Made by a program: the position numbers and the translations under genes
Notes under the pieces: model-generated
What the model was told of the DNA's origin: nothing
The model's database searches: none
The model's input: only the letters and a program-made list of their open reading frames with translations
Shown here: piece by piece, positions 20,559-29,640 of the stretch
Numbering within the stretch: position 1 is the first letter of the stretch
Layout: every line of letters begins with the position of its first letter
Virus record (IMG/VR): IMGVR_UViG_3300028676_000003
Coordinates: 248,001 to 312,000 of that record
Reading direction: 5' to 3' (one strand)
DNA length: 64,000 bases

Positions 20559-20590
20559 TTGACTTATAAGAAAAAAGTTAGTACCTTTGT
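20559..20590 (+). promoter_or_regulatory. Bacteroidota sigma70-type promoter (TTG-N20-TACCTTTG) driving tRNA array 1
   Basis: TTG at 20559 and TACCTTTGT at 20582. The same 23-nt offset recurs at 29464/29487, 49350/49373 and 50543/50566, and about 25 TAcctTTGt copies precede genes across the window. Confidence 0.8.
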
Positions 20591-20642
20591 ATAACATTTA
20601 GAAATAAGTGTATATTTATAAACAAACAATAAACTAAAAATT

Positions 20643-20717
20643 ATGAAAACTTTAGCAAGCTTATTAGTCATTTTATTATGTTCACTAGTCGTGAACAGGG
20701 TGGGTTATGCCTGTTAA
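20643..20717 (+). CDS. leader peptide 1 (MKTLASLLVILLCSLVVNRVGYAC), Leu/Val/Cys-rich attenuator
   Basis: 24-aa ORF between promoter and terminator; 12 of 24 residues are L, V or C. Confidence 0.8.
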   Translation: MKTLASLLVILLCSLVVNRVGYAC

Positions 20718-20744
20718 GTAGAGTTATTTTTACTTAAACAATAT

Positions 20745-20781
20745 AATCCCATCTATTAAAATTAGATGGGATTTTTTTTTT
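20745..20781 (+). terminator. intrinsic terminator/attenuator of array 1
   Basis: AATCCCATCTA-loop-TAGATGGGATT plus T-run. Leader segment GGGTGGGTTAT (20698-20708) can pair with the 5' arm. Confidence 0.85.
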
Positions 20782-20789
20782 ACATATAT

Positions 20790-20872
20790 GCCGTGGTACC
20801 AAAGTGGTTGAATGGGGTGGTCTGCAAAACCATTAGCGAAAGCTCTCGTCGGTTCGAATCCGACCCACGGTT
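20790..20872 (+). tRNA. tRNA-Cys(GCA) with a long variable arm
   Basis: Cloverleaf, loop CTGCAAA, variable hairpin AGCGAAAGCT, T-loop TTCGAAT. Confidence 0.85.
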
Positions 20873-20886
20873 CAAAAAAGAGTATT

Positions 20887-21261
20887 ATGAATGAAATAGA
20901 AATCAAAAAAGACTTATATAAGTCTAAAGCAATGGCTAAATTTAGTCATTACAAAGCTGGTGAATTGTTTTACAATGTTGAACTGATAGACGGAATATAT
21001 CAATTCCCAATCTCAACAGTAGAAGATAAAGAAACTGAAGTGCTTTACGAAGTTAAGGTTGTTTCAAATAACATAGATGGTGAAAAGGCTTCTAAACAAG
21101 CAGAGCCTATCAAGATTATTGTTAATGAGAAACAATTATCAGAAGACTTAGGAGAAACTGAATTTGCTAATGAAATTAAGGGTTCTGAGTTGATTAGATG
21201 GATATTCAAAGCTATCAAGGCTGAAAAGATAAGAAAAATTGGTACCAAGCCAGTTCGTTAA
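20887..21261 (+). CDS. hypothetical protein
   Basis: Start reassigned to ATG 20887 because the track start lies inside tRNA-Cys. Confidence 0.6.
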   Translation: MNEIEIKKDLYKSKAMAKFSHYKAGELFYNVELIDGIYQFPISTVEDKETEVLYEVKVVSNNIDGEKASKQAEPIKIIVNEKQLSEDLGETEFANEIKGSELIRWIFKAIKAEKIRKIGTKPVR

Positions 21262-21315
21262 AACGGAGAAATAATTGGGTATCAAGGATAAAATAGGTAA
21301 CTCAGGTTACCATTT

Positions 21316-21387
21316 GGGAGTGTAGCTCAGAGGAAGAGCGGTTGTGTTACATACAACAGGTCGGGATTTCAAAATTCCCCGTTCCCA
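21316..21387 (+). tRNA. tRNA-Val(TAC)
   Basis: Stem GTTGT/ACAAC, loop GTTACAT. Confidence 0.85.
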
Positions 21388-21565
21388 CAAAAATAACGTA
21401 AACTAAAAAATACTGAATATGGATTTTAATTGTGTATATTGCAAAAAGTCTCACGGGGTTATGACAATAGTTGACGGAAATATGGTTCATCTATCCTGCT
21501 TGAAAGATTATATTGCTGAAAATGAGTATGATAGTGAAGTAGAAGAAATTCTTGAAGAATAAATC

Positions 21566-21639
21566 GTCGAGGTGGTGAAATTGGTAAACACGGTAAGTTC
21601 AAACCTTACATGCTGAGGGTTCGAGTCCCTTCTTCGATA
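21566..21639 (+). tRNA. tRNA-Leu(CAA), short variable loop
   Basis: GTAAG-TTCAAAC-CTTAC, Leu-type D arm, variable region only ATGCT. Confidence 0.85.
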
Positions 21640-21748
21640 CTGTTCTTGCACAAAGTGTAAGGGACTTGGGTGGGTGACTAGAGTCAATATGTTCACTGCA
21701 ATCGCAATCCCTAAAGTTGCGCTCCCCATCTACGGGATGGGGTATTTT

Positions 21749-21822
21749 GGCCCTGTAGCCCAATTGGTAGAGGCATCAGATTTAAATCCTGTATAGTGTG
21801 GGTTCGAATCCCATCGGGGCTA
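21749..21822 (+). tRNA. tRNA-Leu(TAA), short variable loop, weak anticodon stem
   Basis: TCAGA-TTTAAAT-CCTGT, canonical T arm. Confidence 0.7.
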
Positions 21823-21879
21823 CTACATCTCCCTAGGGAGAAGGTGCTGGTTGATGAGCTGACCTTATAGCTCATATTT

Positions 21880-21959
21880 GTCGGGGTGATGAAATTGGTA
21901 GACATGAGGTCCTTAAACGGCCTTGCTTAAGCATACGGGTTCGAGTCCCGTTCCCGATA
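21880..21959 (+). tRNA. tRNA-Leu(TAA)
   Basis: AGGTC-CTTAAAC-GGCCT, variable arm TGCTTAAGCA. Confidence 0.9.
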
Positions 21960-21974
21960 CTAAAAAGAAATAAA

Positions 21975-22190
21975 ATGGGAAAAATATTAGAAATAACAGA
22001 AAAGGTACCACAGGTTGCAAAGCTTCCTGATGGAGTTTACAACGGAACTTGGGGTGGTTATGTAATTGAACTTGTTTATCAAGGTAAAACATTTCAACTT
22101 AAAACAGAAGAAGGTGTCAGAGGTATGGGATTCAAGGTAGTTGTATTTGTAAAGGACGGAGTAGCAACCTATGAAGAAATAAATAACTAA
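21975..22190 (+). CDS. hypothetical protein
   Basis: ORF between tRNAs. Confidence 0.6.
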   Translation: MGKILEITEKVPQVAKLPDGVYNGTWGGYVIELVYQGKTFQLKTEEGVRGMGFKVVVFVKDGVATYEEINN

Positions 22191-22196
22191 AATAAT

Positions 22197-22270
22197 GCAC
22201 GTGTAGCCCAATTGGAAGAGGCGATGGTCTTAGAAGCCATACAGTGTGGGTTCGAATCCCATCATGTGTA
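22197..22270 (+). tRNA. tRNA-Leu(TAG), short variable loop
   Basis: ATGGT-CTTAGAA-GCCAT. Confidence 0.85.
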
Positions 22271-22539
22271 CAAAAACAAAGAAAATGGGAATATTAAAAA
22301 TTCATAATGCAGGATTAACAGGGTATTATTTGGAGCAAACTCTTGGTGGTAAACCTCTTATAGATTCAGGACTTATAATTAGTCAAGAAGACGATGATTC
22401 AGATGAACCATCAACAATTGAGCTTCATTATACTGATGAAAAGGACCTAGAAGCTAAGGTATCAATAATTATTGAAATGTTAACTGATAAATAATAGGAA
22501 ATGTCATTTATTTGTTATACCTTTGTAAAAAATTAAGCT

Positions 22540-22950
22540 ATGGATAATGTAATACTACTAGATTTAGACGGAGTTCTGATAACAACGAAGCCTTGGGAAT
22601 CAGATGTAATTATTGAAGACGGATTTGCCCAATTCAACGAAAAATCAGTTGCAAAGCTAAACGAATACTTGGAATCAACAGGCTACGATATAGTATTAAC
22701 TTCATCAAGACGTTATACGACTGAAATAGACCAAATGAACGAGTTTTTCAAGGCAAGAGGTATCAAAGGACAGATAATTCAATATCTTCCGTTATATGAC
22801 CTAGATTTGCGTTATTCAAGATATGATGAGGTAATGAGATTCATTATGAAGCATAGGCCTGAGAATTATTTGGTAATTGATGATGATAAGTCTCTTGCGA
22901 AGTTAGGTAACAACAAATGGATTAAAACTGACCCAATGATTGGTTTATGA
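22540..22950 (+). CDS. HAD-family phosphatase (HAD_SAK-like)
   Basis: LLDLDGVL, IVLTSSRR, R..E, YLVIDDD, TDP..GL. Confidence 0.8.
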   Translation: MDNVILLDLDGVLITTKPWESDVIIEDGFAQFNEKSVAKLNEYLESTGYDIVLTSSRRYTTEIDQMNEFFKARGIKGQIIQYLPLYDLDLRYSRYDEVMRFIMKHRPENYLVIDDDKSLAKLGNNKWIKTDPMIGL

Positions 22951-23183
22951 TAAGATATTTTTGCGATAACAAAAGACATATTGTATGTTTACCTTATTCC
23001 GTTGAAAATCTTCATAAGATGGCTGAGGACTTGGGTTTAAACAGAAGATGGTTTCATAAAGGGAAAAATAACAATTCTCATTATGATATGCCGATAAAAG
23101 AAATAGCAGTTATTACTGCAAAGTGTGAATTAGTAACCAGTGAAGAAATAGTTGATATTATACGTGGAAGATTTACAAAATAA
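22947..23183 (+). CDS. DUF4031-like protein
   Basis: LH.MA..LGL.RRWFH.......HYD.P. Confidence 0.6.
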   Translation: MIRYFCDNKRHIVCLPYSVENLHKMAEDLGLNRRWFHKGKNNNSHYDMPIKEIAVITAKCELVTSEEIVDIIRGRFTK

Positions 23184-23348
23184 GTTAGAAATACTAAATA
23201 GCAATTATTGGGAACATTTCAAGTTTGCTAAGGACTTGGCAGGGTTTTTAGCCCATGACCATCCTAGAAGACGAAGAATAGAAGAGAAGTTAAACGAAAT
23301 GGTTGATGAAATTCAAGAATTGAATCGACTATTACAAAATAAAAACAA

Positions 23349-23424
23349 GGGAGTATAGCTCAGTTGGTTCAGCAGCGTCTCGTTTACACCGAGAAGGTCG
23401 GGGGTTCGAATCCCTCTACTCCTA
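23349..23424 (+). tRNA. tRNA-Val(TAC)
   Basis: TCTCG-TTTACAC-CGAGA. Confidence 0.9.
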
Positions 23425-23428
23425 CTAA

Positions 23429-23507
23429 AAGATAGTTTCAGCAAGCAAACGGTTAAAAATTTGTCTCATAAACAAACTGAGTGGTTCAATCCCACAAAAC
23501 TATCTTG
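23429..23507 (+). ncRNA. CAGCAA-stem element (skipping-rope-like) enclosing a Met(CAT) anticodon arm and a T arm
   Basis: AAGATAGTT.CAGCAA ... TTTGT-CTCATAA-ACAAA, GTGG-TTCAATC-CCAC ... AACTATCTT-G. Confidence 0.6.
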
Positions 23508-23512
23508 AATTT

Positions 23513-23595
23513 GGCCGAGTGGTGGAATTGGTAGACACGCTAGTTTAAGAAGCTAGTGCTGTAATGGCATGCGGGTTCGAGTCCCGCCTTGGTCA
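23513..23595 (+). tRNA. tRNA-Leu(AAG), A34
   Basis: CTAGT-TTAAGAA-GCTAG, Leu D arm, long variable arm. Confidence 0.85.
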
Positions 23596-23617
23596 CAAAC
23601 GTTTTAAATAAATTATT

Positions 23618-24886
23618 ATGGAAAATACAGAATATGTCTGTGTAATGTTCCCTTATCCTTCAGGAGATGGATTACATGTTGGGCATGTCTATAACTACGC
23701 AATCGTCGATAGTTATTGCCGATGGAAACGTTACAATAAAATTCCAGTCTTTCAACCATTTGGATATGATTCATTTGGATTGCCAGCGGAAAACTACGCA
23801 AAAAAGGTCGGTAGAGACCCAAAAGAAGTCACTTACGAAAATATCGCAAAGTTCCGTAAACAAATGGAACGAATGAACACTCAATATGAAGAATTATTAG
23901 TTACATCTGATGAATCTTACTATGTATGGAGTCAAAGATTATTTACTGAATTACATAGCAGAGGGTTAGCCTACCAAAAGATGGGTCCTGTAAATCATTG
24001 TTCAAGCTGTGAAACAGTCTTGGCTAATGAACAAGTTAAGGACGACCATTGTGAAAGATGTGGTACAAGAGTAGAAATCAAAGATTTAAACCAATGGTAT
24101 TTCAAAATTACTGACTATAAGCAACGATTAATTGATAACTTGGATAAGATTGATTATCCTGAGAAAACAAAGAAACAGCAATTGCATTGGTTAGAGAACT
24201 TAAATGATTGGTGTGTTTCAAGACAGCGAAAATGGGGAACTCCAATACCGTTGATTGATTCAGAAGACACCTTAGATACATTCGTTGATAGTTCATTCTA
24301 TTTTTTAAGATACTTGGACCCAAATAACTTAGAAGAATTGGTTGATATCAATAAAGCTAAGCAAGTTGACTTATATGTTGGTGGAAACGAACATGCTTGT
24401 ATGCACTTGATTTATGCTAGGTTTATCACGATGTTCTTACATGATTGTGGTTATATCCCTTTTGATGAGCCTTTTAAGAAGGTAATTCACCAAGGAATGA
24501 TTACTCATAATGGAGAAAAAATGTCCAAGTCAAAAGGCAACGTAATAAATCCTGATGATTATGACCCTGATGAATTGAGGTTATATTCAATGTTTATCGG
24601 CCATTATTTTGACGGTGGAGATTGGGATGATTCAAAGATTAGCGGAATTAGACGTTTTATTGGAAGATTTGGTAAATGGACAAATGAATCTACTCAAGAA
24701 GGTGAAACTATTGACTTAACAGCATTTAAAGAGACTATTAATGGTTATGTAATATCGTTTAAGTTCAATAAGGTTGTTAGTACATTCATGGAGTTTTACA
24801 ACAAGAATAAGAACAAAACATTAAGTGTATCAACAGCTAACGATTTGATTGAAATCTTACGTGTGTTTGCACCGAGTTTTAAATAA
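23618..24886 (+). CDS. leuS: minimal leucyl-tRNA synthetase (no CP1 editing domain, truncated C-terminus)
   Basis: MFPYPSG.GLHVGH, GYDSFGLPAEN, Zn knuckle, DWCVSRQR.WGTPIP, DTFVDSS.YFLRY, GG.EHA.MHL.YARF and KMSKS; only 422 aa. Confidence 0.9.
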   Translation: MENTEYVCVMFPYPSGDGLHVGHVYNYAIVDSYCRWKRYNKIPVFQPFGYDSFGLPAENYAKKVGRDPKEVTYENIAKFRKQMERMNTQYEELLVTSDESYYVWSQRLFTELHSRGLAYQKMGPVNHCSSCETVLANEQVKDDHCERCGTRVEIKDLNQWYFKITDYKQRLIDNLDKIDYPEKTKKQQLHWLENLNDWCVSRQRKWGTPIPLIDSEDTLDTFVDSSFYFLRYLDPNNLEELVDINKAKQVDLYVGGNEHACMHLIYARFITMFLHDCGYIPFDEPFKKVIHQGMITHNGEKMSKSKGNVINPDDYDPDELRLYSMFIGHYFDGGDWDDSKISGIRRFIGRFGKWTNESTQEGETIDLTAFKETINGYVISFKFNKVVSTFMEFYNKNKNKTLSVSTANDLIEILRVFAPSFK

Positions 24887-24892
24887 AATAAT

Positions 24893-25747
24893 ATGAAAAA
24901 AGTATTGGTTACTGGCGCAAATAGTCAGTTAGCATCTGAAATCAAGGAACTAGAGCTTAATTATCCTAGACTTGAATTCATCTTTGCTGATAAGACAGAA
25001 TTTCCGCTGGACAAGAAAGAAGACATAATTACTAACTTTAAGAAGATAAAGCCCGATGTTGTAATCAATTGTGCGGCTTATACCGCAGTTGATAAGGCAG
25101 AAGACGATACAATGACAGCAGACGCTGTAAATCGTTTAGGTGTAGGTATTCTTGCCAAGTTATGTCATGAATCTGACACACAACTAATCCACATTTCAAC
25201 AGACTACGTATTTGATGGTGAATCTCCGATTCCTTATAAAGAAGACGATATTCCAAATCCAAAAAATGCTTATGGTCTTACGAAACTAGCGGGTGAAATG
25301 GTTTGTCAAGAGAATTGTCCTAATAGTGTCGTAATCAGAACATCTTGGTTGTATTCCATCTTTGGAAACAATTTCGTGAAGACAATGCTTAGACTAATGA
25401 GTGAAAGAGATACCTTCGGTGTTGTAAATGACCAAATTGGTTCTCCAACATATGCTGGCGACTTGGCTCAAGCTATCATGGATATCATAGAGTTTAAGAC
25501 TTGGATTGGTGGAATATATCACTATTCAAATGAAGGTAATATTTCATGGTTTGAATTTGCACTAGCAATCAAAGAAATAGCTGAAGAGACTTGTAATATC
25601 AAGCCAATTGATTCATCAAGTTATCCAACACCAGCAAAGCGACCCAATTATTCGTTACTAGATAATACCAAGATACAAGAAGTCTATGGAATACAAACCA
25701 TTGATTATCTGATAAGTCTGAGAAGGATGATGGAAAAACTAGGTTAA
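24893..25747 (+). CDS. rfbD: dTDP-4-dehydrorhamnose reductase
   Basis: LVTGA..QL, NCAAYTAVDKAE, HISTDYVFDG, YG.TKL.GE, DQIGSPTY, PAKRP.YS.L. Confidence 0.95.
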   Translation: MKKVLVTGANSQLASEIKELELNYPRLEFIFADKTEFPLDKKEDIITNFKKIKPDVVINCAAYTAVDKAEDDTMTADAVNRLGVGILAKLCHESDTQLIHISTDYVFDGESPIPYKEDDIPNPKNAYGLTKLAGEMVCQENCPNSVVIRTSWLYSIFGNNFVKTMLRLMSERDTFGVVNDQIGSPTYAGDLAQAIMDIIEFKTWIGGIYHYSNEGNISWFEFALAIKEIAEETCNIKPIDSSSYPTPAKRPNYSLLDNTKIQEVYGIQTIDYLISLRRMMEKLG

Positions 25748-25785
25748 GTAGCTTCATTTTTATATGTTATTGGATATTTATTAGT

Positions 25786-26130
25786 ATGGAAACAAAATCA
25801 CTAATAAAAAAACTACTACATGAAAATCTTTTAAAAGAGGAATTCAATTATGAAATAGAACACCTAGATAGCTACAATGGACAAGATAATTACGAATTGG
25901 GGTTATATCAAGACGGTGAAATCATTGGACTTGTTCAATATACAATTTATAACGATATCTTAAAGGTTAGCGATATTCTTGTTAGACCTGAATATCGTAG
26001 GCAAGGAATGGGTTCAAGAATGATGCAATACATTAAAACCAAGCATCCAACAGCTAAATATGAACCATCAATGATGACTGATTTAGGAGCCCAATTTAAA
26101 CATAAGGAAATACAAGATTTAAATAAATAA
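25786..26130 (+). CDS. GNAT-family acetyltransferase
   Basis: I.VRPEYRRQGMGS motif A. Confidence 0.75.
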   Translation: METKSLIKKLLHENLLKEEFNYEIEHLDSYNGQDNYELGLYQDGEIIGLVQYTIYNDILKVSDILVRPEYRRQGMGSRMMQYIKTKHPTAKYEPSMMTDLGAQFKHKEIQDLNK

Positions 26131-26195
26131 AAAAAATAAGCTAATGATTAGGTTCGTTAGCTTTTTTTATTTACCTTTGTTAAAAATTAAACGAT

Positions 26196-26753
26196 ATGGA
26201 AACAACATTTAAGATTTCAAAAGCAGGTAAGTATATCGATATCAAGTATATCGTAGGAATTCAATTACCAATGTCAGTATATGACAATGTACTTGTTAGC
26301 TCAGCTAAAGAAGGACGAAAGTTGATTCAACTAATTCGTGATTTTGAGAAAGGTGTTAAGGAAGAGCTTGTTAAACAAGGTATTGACTTGGATTACCGAA
26401 TGATTATGATTAGACATTTACAAGTAATTGATTCTATTGCCAGTGGCCTAGATATCAGAAGCAAAATGTCGGTTGCAGAATTATCAGATAGATTTGTATT
26501 CGGATATAAAAGAATGTACGATACAATGATTGATGAAGTTGAAGAAACTCTCAAATATTTCAATGAAGTTAAAGCTGAGAGTTCTTATGTGAAGGATTGG
26601 AGACGCTTTGATAAGTACAATGAATATATTAGAGATTACTCATTGAATTATCCAAAGATTAGTTCAGATGATTTTGGAAAGGACCCATTAAAAAATATGC
26701 AAGCACTAGCAAATGAAATGCTTGAAACATTAATTAAAGACAGAAAAAAATGA
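26196..26753 (+). CDS. hypothetical protein
   Basis: ORF after promoter at 26172. Confidence 0.6.
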   Translation: METTFKISKAGKYIDIKYIVGIQLPMSVYDNVLVSSAKEGRKLIQLIRDFEKGVKEELVKQGIDLDYRMIMIRHLQVIDSIASGLDIRSKMSVAELSDRFVFGYKRMYDTMIDEVEETLKYFNEVKAESSYVKDWRRFDKYNEYIRDYSLNYPKISSDDFGKDPLKNMQALANEMLETLIKDRKK

Positions 26754-27433
26754 AAAATATAGTTTTTGTTGCTGATATTGCAGATGATATCGACGACTTA
26801 ATAGCAATCGAATACTTAGCCGTAAATGGTTATTTAAAATGCTTGGTATTAGACGGTAAAAGCAACGATGAATCAAGAGAAAAATATCTATCAGATTTAG
26901 GTGTTACCGTAACAAGTGAAATTCCAACAGATACAAAGATTATCTTCTGTGGTGGAGCACTAACTAAGATTGCTGATTTTGTTAAAACTAATGAAATCGA
27001 CTTATTGGTTGCAAACGGTGGATTTGCTGGTAGTAATGTAGTAGCAGAACCACTTGAGAAGTTTAGAGGAAAGAATAAAATCAGAACCTACAACTTCAAT
27101 ATGGATATTCTAGCAACACTTGAAGTAATCAACTCACCAAATATTAATGAAACGATACTAGTTTCAAAAAATGTGTGTCACAGCGCAGAAAATGTAATTG
27201 GTAAGATACACACTGATGAATTTTTAAAGAATCACGAATTGAGTGATACCAAGCGTTTACACGATTTATTGATGGTTAAAGAAGGTGTTAATTACTTGAA
27301 TAACAACGAAATGATTTGTGAATACTTAAATGTAAACCCAATCATTGAGCCGAGATATCCTGACAATATGTCTTTATGGGGTTCAGAGCCGAATCCAACA
27401 TCAAAAATAAAAATAAGTATAAAATACAAATAA
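26750..27433 (+). CDS. nucleoside-hydrolase-like (IUNH) protein
   Basis: ADI..DIDD..A, GG.LT, GG, .NFN.D, LHD. Confidence 0.6.
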   Translation: MKNIVFVADIADDIDDLIAIEYLAVNGYLKCLVLDGKSNDESREKYLSDLGVTVTSEIPTDTKIIFCGGALTKIADFVKTNEIDLLVANGGFAGSNVVAEPLEKFRGKNKIRTYNFNMDILATLEVINSPNINETILVSKNVCHSAENVIGKIHTDEFLKNHELSDTKRLHDLLMVKEGVNYLNNNEMICEYLNVNPIIEPRYPDNMSLWGSEPNPTSKIKISIKYK

Positions 27434-27434
27434 A

Positions 27435-27965
27435 ATGAAAACACTAGTAATACATCCGAAAGACGCATCCACAGATTTCTTGAAAAAGATATATGATGGA
27501 AGAGGTTGGACTGAAGTTAACTCTAGAATACCTAAGCGTGACATGAAAACTCTTATAAAAGAGCACGACAGGGTTATCATACTTGGACATGGTACTGAAA
27601 AGGGGTTATTTGACCCTGAAACGTACCTGCCACTTATAGATAGCAACTACGTTTATTTACTTAGAGAGAAACAAGTCATAGCCATATGGTGTAACGCTGA
27701 CGTTTTCTTCTTGAAATATGGTCTTAAAGGACTATACACTGGAATGATAATATCTGAGTATGGTGAAGCACTGCTTGAATGTGTTACAACAACTTACCAA
27801 GAAATAGACGAATCTAACTTATTGTTTGGAAGAGCTATGCAAGAGGGAATAACACAAGATGGTTTTGATTTAGAGAAGATACTTGAGGTTTATACTAGTG
27901 ATGGTCTAAACAGACCAATGGATTTCAACAAAACCAAGATATACAAGACAAGTATCGATGAATAA
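27435..27965 (+). CDS. hypothetical protein (caspase/CHAT-like HG...C dyad possible)
   Basis: ILGHGT ... AIWCNAD. Confidence 0.5.
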   Translation: MKTLVIHPKDASTDFLKKIYDGRGWTEVNSRIPKRDMKTLIKEHDRVIILGHGTEKGLFDPETYLPLIDSNYVYLLREKQVIAIWCNADVFFLKYGLKGLYTGMIISEYGEALLECVTTTYQEIDESNLLFGRAMQEGITQDGFDLEKILEVYTSDGLNRPMDFNKTKIYKTSIDE

Positions 27966-28302
27966 GGTTGTTAACCTTAAAAAGGAGTCTTATGATGTGT
28001 TTATTGGTCGAGGTAGCAAGTGGGGTAATCCTTTTACACATATAAAGGATAAAAAGACCCTTGCAGATTTTGTTGTTGAAACACGAGAAGAAGCAATCGA
28101 GAGTTATAGAGAGTATCTAGCAGGAAATCAAGAACTGTTAGATTCTTTAGATGAATTGGAAGGAAAAACTCTAGGATGTTATTGTAAGCCTGAATCATGT
28201 CATGGCGATATCATCTTAGAGTTCCTAACAAAGAGAAAAATGGTTAAATTTTTAAAAAATAAAGATGAAAACAAGGGAAGGCAGAATAATAACGCTTTAT
28301 AA
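27958..28302 (+). CDS. DUF4326 family protein
   Basis: YDVFIGR.SKWGNPF ... L.GK.LGCYCKP..CHGD. Confidence 0.85.
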   Translation: MNKVVNLKKESYDVFIGRGSKWGNPFTHIKDKKTLADFVVETREEAIESYREYLAGNQELLDSLDELEGKTLGCYCKPESCHGDIILEFLTKRKMVKFLKNKDENKGRQNNNAL

Positions 28303-28900
28303 TGCGAATAATAACGATACTTCATGGACCCACAAGTTTATGATTGTTGATGTTAGAACATATAAACACTTGGCAACACCATTTACTATACCTGATGATT
28401 TTGAAAAGAATTTCAATAGTCTTCATGTACTTGTTGAAGTTGATAATAACGACTTACCTATTCTAGATGAAAATGGCAAGTGTAAGCTACATAAAAAGAC
28501 AATGAATATCAGAGAGTACTTAAGCTTTTTTGGTCCTTCTAAAGAGATTAAACAGCGTATGAGTAACGGTCAGATAAAGATAAACAATAAGGTTGTTAAA
28601 AGCTTTGATGTTGAGTGTGCATTTGACTATGATGCTGAAGATGTTGCAATAGTTGAATTGGCTGATTTCCTTATGGATTGTGGACTTGATTTAAAACAAT
28701 TAAATCTTTTGAAGTCCTACGCAGGATTGAATATCATGGATTTCTTCGGAACGCCTACAATTCAAGAAGGTCCAACAAATATCCATAAGTTCAAGTTCTT
28801 AGAAAAATATATCCTGATTTCAGTATCAAAGAGAGAACACTATGTTGTTTTAAATGATGAATATCCAAGCAGGGTTCCTTATCAATTATTATGGGCCTGA
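28265..28900 (+). CDS. hypothetical protein with an S4-like segment
   Basis: S.EIKQ....GQIKIN.K.V resembles an S4 RNA-binding motif. Confidence 0.5.
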   Translation: MKTREGRIITLYNANNNDTSWTHKFMIVDVRTYKHLATPFTIPDDFEKNFNSLHVLVEVDNNDLPILDENGKCKLHKKTMNIREYLSFFGPSKEIKQRMSNGQIKINNKVVKSFDVECAFDYDAEDVAIVELADFLMDCGLDLKQLNLLKSYAGLNIMDFFGTPTIQEGPTNIHKFKFLEKYILISVSKREHYVVLNDEYPSRVPYQLLWA

Positions 28901-28949
28901 TACTTGTATCTAAATGAATAAAATAGTATCTTTGTTAAAAGACAAAAAT

Positions 28950-29435
28950 ATGACAAAAAAGAAAACACTTTATTTAGACATGGATGGTGTAATAGCCAAC
29001 TTTGATAAGATGATTCACGATTTACACCCTGAATTACTTGAAATTACGGATTACGACGAAAGGTCAGATATGATTGACAAGGTAGCGATGGAAAACCCAA
29101 ATTTATTTTGTGAATTGGAACCAATCGAAGGAGCAATCGAAGCTGTAAACAAATTATTCGAAATATTCGATGTTTATTTCTTATCTACTCCAATGTACGA
29201 AATCCCTGAGAGTTATATGGGTAAAAGAATTTGGCTTGAAAAGCACTTCGGTGAAAAAGCTAAAAAGAGACTAACGCTAACACATAGAAAGGACCTTTCA
29301 ATAGGTGAGTTCTTGGTTGATGATAGAATCAAAAATGGAGCTGGTGAGTTTACAGGTAAACATATTCACTTTGCAACACCTGAATTCCCAAATTGGGAAA
29401 CAACACTTAAATACTTAGAAGACAATGTTTTATAA
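28950..29435 (+). CDS. 5'(3')-deoxyribonucleotidase (NT5C, HAD)
   Basis: LYLDMDGVIANF, K..WL..HF, LVDDR..N...F.G..IHF. Confidence 0.85.
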   Translation: MTKKKTLYLDMDGVIANFDKMIHDLHPELLEITDYDERSDMIDKVAMENPNLFCELEPIEGAIEAVNKLFEIFDVYFLSTPMYEIPESYMGKRIWLEKHFGEKAKKRLTLTHRKDLSIGEFLVDDRIKNGAGEFTGKHIHFATPEFPNWETTLKYLEDNVL

Positions 29436-29463
29436 AATAATTTAAAAATAATCATTAAAAAAC

Positions 29464-29495
29464 TTGACTTATGTACTAACTTTTAGTACCTTTGT
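29464..29495 (+). promoter_or_regulatory. promoter upstream of leader 2
   Basis: TTGACT ... TACCTTTGT, followed by ATATTTAT at 29498. Confidence 0.8.
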
Positions 29496-29530
29496 ATATA
29501 TTTATTAAACAAACGAATAAACACAATATT

Positions 29531-29614
29531 ATGAGAACACTTACAAACATATTTGATTTTGCATTTACAGCAGCCGAAGAGGATTACTCTTGGGAAGGTC
29601 AACTAGTGTCGTAA
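29531..29614 (+). CDS. leader peptide 2 (MRTLTNIFDFAFTAAEEDYSWEGQLVS), Phe/Asp/Ala/Glu-rich attenuator
   Basis: 27-aa ORF; codons 8-18 (FDFAFTAAEED) are 10/11 F, D, A or E. Confidence 0.8.
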   Translation: MRTLTNIFDFAFTAAEEDYSWEGQLVS

Positions 29615-29640
29615 GTTAAGTAATATTAACAATACAATCA

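Noticed and set aside
21749-21822. Ochre suppressor (TTA) that might read through the TAA at 18624
   Set aside because: The CAG/CTG pairing register puts TAA (Leu) at 34-36; the shifted register does not pair.
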